From NCBI GenBank assembly GCA_963836815.1, contig CAWILD010000012.1:205990-269989 (forward strand): a stretch of DNA of 64,000 bases, written 5' to 3'. Of this stretch, positions 60,453 to 64,000 are shown in pieces. Both the position numbers and the translations under genes were made by a program. How positions within the stretch are numbered: the first letter of the stretch is position 1; each line of letters begins with the position of its first letter. A model generated the notes under the pieces. It had not been told where the DNA came from and made no database searches. It saw nothing but the letters and a program-made list of their open reading frames with translations. Source of the stretch: an uncultured Gemmatimonadales bacterium (lineage in GTDB: Bacteria > Gemmatimonadota > Gemmatimonadetes > Gemmatimonadales > GWC2-71-9).

Positions 60453-61379
60453 ATGTCCTGCCTAAGCGGGGTGCCGCCGTTTCGCGCCTGGTCCTCCGCT
60501 CGCTTCGGTCTCCCCCTTCCCCCGGACCACCGCTTTCCCATCGCCAAGTACGCCGCCATCCGCGAAGCCATTCTCGCCCGCGGGTTGCTGGGTGCGGCAA
60601 GCATCGAAGAGCCCGATCGGGCCGAGCGGTGGTCGCTCGAGCTGGTCCACTCTCCTGCGTACGTCCAGGCCGTCTCCGAGGGCCAGCTTTCCGAGGCGGA
60701 GCTCAGAAGGTTGGGCTTTCCCTGGAGCCCGGAGCTGCGAGAGCGATCGCTCCGCACGGCCCAGGGCACGGTCGAGGCGGCCCGCGACGCGCTGGAGGCC
60801 GGACTCGGCATCAATCTCGCTGGTGGCACCCACCATGCCTTCGCCGATCACGGAGAGGGCTTCTGCGTCTTCAACGACGTCGCGCTCGCGATCCGCATCC
60901 TGCAGCGCGAAGGCCGGGTCGTGCGTGCCACCGTCATCGACCTCGACGTGCATCAAGGCAACGGGACCGCGCGCATCTTCGCCGACGACCCGGACGTCTT
61001 CGCCTTCTCGATGCACGGCGAAAAGAACTATCCCTTCCAGCGCGAGACCAGCACGCTCGACGTGGAGCTGCCCGACGGCTCCGCCGATCAGCTCTATCTC
61101 CGCGTGCTCGCCGAGCACCTGGAGCCGGTCCTCGAGCAGTCCTCGCCCGACATCGTGTTCTATCTCGCCGGGGCGGACCCCTACGTCCACGACCGCCTGG
61201 GCCGATTGGCGCTCCAACGCGGAGGATTGCGCGCCCGGGACCGCGCCGTCTTCCGGGCGTGCCGCCGCCGGAGACTTCCGCTGGTGCTGACCCTGGCGGG
61301 TGGATACGCCCGGGAGCTTTCGGACGTCGTGGAGATTCACACCGCGACGGTGGCCGAAGGACTCGCCGCGTATGCCTAG
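60453..61379 (+). CDS. histone deacetylase-family (acetoin utilisation/acetylpolyamine amidohydrolase-like) enzyme
   Basis: 308 aa: GGTHHAFADHGEGFCVFND, DLDVHQGNGT, AGADPY. Confidence 0.9.
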   Translation: MSCLSGVPPFRAWSSARFGLPLPPDHRFPIAKYAAIREAILARGLLGAASIEEPDRAERWSLELVHSPAYVQAVSEGQLSEAELRRLGFPWSPELRERSLRTAQGTVEAARDALEAGLGINLAGGTHHAFADHGEGFCVFNDVALAIRILQREGRVVRATVIDLDVHQGNGTARIFADDPDVFAFSMHGEKNYPFQRETSTLDVELPDGSADQLYLRVLAEHLEPVLEQSSPDIVFYLAGADPYVHDRLGRLALQRGGLRARDRAVFRACRRRRLPLVLTLAGGYARELSDVVEIHTATVAEGLAAYA

Positions 61380-62217
61380 CGTGCGTGGGGTCGAGATCTT
61401 CGTGCGGCGCATCGGCCAGGGTCGGCCCGTTGTCGTGTTGCACGGCGGCCCTGGAGCGGACCACGAGTACCTTCGCCCGGGTTTCGACGCGCTGGCTCAG
61501 GGGCGGGAGCTCATCTATTACGATCAGCGCGGGGGTGGGCGGTCTCCGGTAGCGCGAGACGTGCCGGTCGGCTGGACCGAGCAGGTCGCAGACCTCGAGG
61601 CCTTGCGGGAGCTCTGGGCGCTCGACCGGATGACGATCGCGGGATATTCGTGGGGTGGGCTGCTCGCACTGCTGTATGCTTTGGAGCAGCCGGACCGGGT
61701 GGAGCGCCTGGCGCTGGTGTCTCCGGCGCCCGTTTGGCGGGCCGCACGTGACGGCTTCGAGCAGGCATTCGCGAAACGAAATCTCGATCCGGTGCTTCAG
61801 GAGGAGCGGCGCGTGCTCCGCGAGAGCGGGCTCCGGGAGCGCGATCCAGCGGCGTTCCAACAGCGGATCTTCGAGCTTTCCGTCGCACCTTACTTCCACG
61901 ATCCCGCCCGGGCCCGTGAGCTCACGCCCTTTCGGATCGTGGGGCGGACACAGCAGGAGGTCTGGGCAAGTCTCGGGGACTTCGACCTCCGACCTCGCCT
62001 TCCGATGCTTCGCGGCATTCCATCGCTGGTCCTCCACGGGGAGAGCGATCCCATTCCGATCGAGGCGGCGAGCACCGCGGCCGAGTTGATCGGCGCCGCA
62101 TTCCACCGCCTCCCACGGTGCGGCCATGTACCGTACGTCGAGGCATTTAGCGAGTTCGAGCGGATCGTGGGCGAGTTCCTTCGGCAGGAGGTCGAGACGG
62201 GTCTTCCGCGCGCCTGA
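61372..62217 (+). CDS. alpha/beta hydrolase (proline iminopeptidase-like)
   Basis: VVLHGGPG, YDQRGGGRS, nucleophile elbow GYSWGG, and CGH near the C-terminus. ATG at 61372 overlaps the previous stop by 8 nt. Confidence 0.85.
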   Translation: MPSVRGVEIFVRRIGQGRPVVVLHGGPGADHEYLRPGFDALAQGRELIYYDQRGGGRSPVARDVPVGWTEQVADLEALRELWALDRMTIAGYSWGGLLALLYALEQPDRVERLALVSPAPVWRAARDGFEQAFAKRNLDPVLQEERRVLRESGLRERDPAAFQQRIFELSVAPYFHDPARARELTPFRIVGRTQQEVWASLGDFDLRPRLPMLRGIPSLVLHGESDPIPIEAASTAAELIGAAFHRLPRCGHVPYVEAFSEFERIVGEFLRQEVETGLPRA

Positions 62218-62231
62218 GTTACTTTTCCTCC

Positions 62232-62888
62232 ATGGCCCGTTCCACACCGTTCGAGTTCGTGCTCGCCCCCTTCGCGGAGGAGCATTTCCCCAAGATCCGG
62301 TCCGCCCTGGCGGCCGCGGGTCGCGACCCTGCCGATCGCGATGCCTTCCTGATGGAGAGAGAAGCCGTCGTCCTGCTCCGCGAGCTCCGCCCGGAAGAGG
62401 GACTCGGCGAGAGGATGGACCAGCTGGCCGCGTTGGTCCACCAGGCCTATCTCTTCTGGGACGCGGGCCAGGTGACGGTGGACGTCCTGGCGGAGCAGCT
62501 TCCCGAGCTTCTCGGCGCGGGTCCACACCCGGTGGACGGGGAGCTTCCGCCTGCCTACTACGCTCGGTTTCCCGAGCGCCGCCTCTGGGCGGAGGTCCTG
62601 GAAGGTCAACCGGCCGAACCGCTGGACGGCGTCTTCGTGTCCGCCACCGGCGCGGGCGAGCTGAGGGTCCTCGGCATCTTCGGGCTGCACCCGGAGCGGA
62701 TGGGATTCAGTGTCGTCGAGGTGGCCGGGCCACGGCCCGGGGCCCTCGCCCGGGAGGACGGCACCCCGCTGTTCGCCTCTACACTGGCGGGTGGCGCGCC
62801 GGCGGGACTCCACTCGCTGACTGGCGGTGAGGAATTGCTGGAGCTCGGGTGGCGGACGATCGCCGGGGCAGTGCAATGGACGCGCTGA
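62232..62888 (+). CDS. hypothetical protein
   Basis: 218-aa ORF with coding-like composition. No family recognised. Overlaps the polX start by 13 nt. Confidence 0.5.
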   Translation: MARSTPFEFVLAPFAEEHFPKIRSALAAAGRDPADRDAFLMEREAVVLLRELRPEEGLGERMDQLAALVHQAYLFWDAGQVTVDVLAEQLPELLGAGPHPVDGELPPAYYARFPERRLWAEVLEGQPAEPLDGVFVSATGAGELRVLGIFGLHPERMGFSVVEVAGPRPGALAREDGTPLFASTLAGGAPAGLHSLTGGEELLELGWRTIAGAVQWTR

Positions 62889-64000
62889 AGGAGCTCGCCG
62901 ACCGAAAGGCCGTGGCCGATGTGCTGGAGCAGATCGCCTCGTTCCTCGAGCTCCGCGGTGAGAACCCGTTTCGTATCCGCGCGTTCCGTACCGCCGCCCG
63001 AGCCGTGGCGGGCTTCCCCGGCGATCTGCGACAAGCCATCGAGGACGGGGCTCTCGCCGCGACCAAGGGCGTGGGTCCGGCCACGCTTCAGATCGTCACC
63101 GAGCTGGTCGCGACCGGCCGGGCCAGCATGCTCGAGGAGCTGCGGGAGCAGATCCCACCGGGCCTGGTCGAGATGCTCGCGATCTCCGGCCTCGGCGTCG
63201 CGAAGATTCGGCAGATCCACGACGTGCTCGGCATCGATTCCCTGCCCGAGCTCGAAGCGGCCGCTCACGACGGCCGGCTGGCCAAGCTGTCGCGCTTCGG
63301 TCAGAAGACCTCGGAGAACATCCTCAAGGGCATCGCCTACCTGCGGCAGGCGAGCACCTTCCGGCTGTCGCACCACGCCGCCGAAGAGGCGGAGGGCCTG
63401 CGCGCCGCGCTGCAGCAGTTGCCAGGCGTGAGCCGAGCGATCGTCGCCGGAGAGGTGCGGCGGCGGAGTGAGGTCGTCCGCGACCTCATCCTCGTGCTCG
63501 TGGCCGACGTGCCACCCGCTGAGCTGTTCAAGCAGCTCAGCCAATACCCCGGCGTGCACGAGTTCGCGGGCCAGGACGAGCGCCGACTGACGCTCCGGTT
63601 CGCGGGCGGCGCCAGCGCGCAGATCGTCGTTACTTCGCCGGTCAACGCGGGCGCGGTCGTCGCGCAGGCCACGGGCAGCGAGGCCCATCTGCGCGAGCTC
63701 GCGGCGTTCGCCGCGACCCGCGGCTTCGCCCTCAACGGCGCCGCGCTGTGGCGGGGCAGCGAGTTCGTGTCGACCCCGGACGAGGAGCGGTTCTACAGCG
63801 CCCTCGGCCTGCCGATCATCCCACCCGAGCTGCGCGAGGGCCGGGGCGAAGTTGAAGCTGCCGCGCGTGGAGCCCTTCCGCGGCTGCTGGAGACGCGCGA
63901 CCTGCACGGTTTCCTCCACTGCCATACGAAGTATTCCGACGGGTCGAACTCGGTCGAGGAGCTCGCGCTCGCCTGCCGGGCAGGCGGCTACTCGTACGTG
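62876..64000 (+). CDS. polX: family X DNA polymerase with PHP domain (PolX), 3' end beyond the window
   Basis: Not in the ORF track because it is open at the edge. ATG at 62876. MDALKELADRKAVADVLEQIASFLELRGENPFRIRAFRTAARAV...GVGPATLQIV...ISGLGVAKIRQI (HhH motifs) ...HCHTKYSDG (start of PHP). 375 in-frame codons to the window end. Confidence 0.85.
   Translation, partial: MDALKELADRKAVADVLEQIASFLELRGENPFRIRAFRTAARAVAGFPGDLRQAIEDGALAATKGVGPATLQIVTELVATGRASMLEELREQIPPGLVEMLAISGLGVAKIRQIHDVLGIDSLPELEAAAHDGRLAKLSRFGQKTSENILKGIAYLRQASTFRLSHHAAEEAEGLRAALQQLPGVSRAIVAGEVRRRSEVVRDLILVLVADVPPAELFKQLSQYPGVHEFAGQDERRLTLRFAGGASAQIVVTSPVNAGAVVAQATGSEAHLRELAAFAATRGFALNGAALWRGSEFVSTPDEERFYSALGLPIIPPELREGRGEVEAAARGALPRLLETRDLHGFLHCHTKYSDGSNSVEELALACRAGGYSYV

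Overview
The window is 64 kb of about 70% GC bacterial chromosome, densely coding on both strands. I found no rRNA, tRNA, CRISPR array, transposase, integrase or phage genes. The lipoboxes, the TonB-less outer-membrane-type proteins and the gene content suggest a Gram-negative-type high-GC soil bacterium, but the phylum cannot be assigned from the sequence alone.

Main blocks, in order:
1. 1-7.1 kb: a CcmAB-like ABC pair, a response regulator and a STAS gene, then kup, a dsbA-like gene, OsmC and a CDP-alcohol phosphatidyltransferase.
2. 8.3-10.9 kb: a roughly 860-aa M16 peptidase whose reading frame is broken about seven times.
3. 12.4-21.9 kb: a PAS-bEBP, a HAMP histidine kinase and an NtrC-type regulator, followed by a sigma-54-type promoter, pqqA-B-C-D-E and a translationally coupled ABC-2 exporter.
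4. 22.7-25.1 kb: pruA.
5. 26.7-35.0 kb: an eight-gene chemosensory operon (cheY-cheY-cheA-cheW-mcp-HEAT repeat protein-cheR-cheB).
6. 35-40.6 kb: a zinc-binding (ZAS-type) anti-sigma factor, a YfcC transporter, thioredoxin 2, a soluble acyl-ACP desaturase, and yggT/yggU.
7. 40.6-47.3 kb: a structured leader with a terminator in front of metH, then a homocysteine-methyltransferase/MTHFR fusion and a further MTHFR-like gene.
8. 47.3-64 kb: housekeeping and envelope genes (acyl-CoA dehydrogenase, a fasciclin protein with an 18-bp coding repeat, PBP4, an OPT transporter, M42 and M28 peptidases, an HDAC-family enzyme, a partial PolX).

The most striking sequence-level observation is that at least 15 conserved genes or segments are interrupted by frameshifts, and every one has the sign of a single extra base. 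This looks more like a sequence-quality artefact than biology and needs checking. Many long ORFs in the supplied track are alternate-frame or antisense artefacts of the high GC content.
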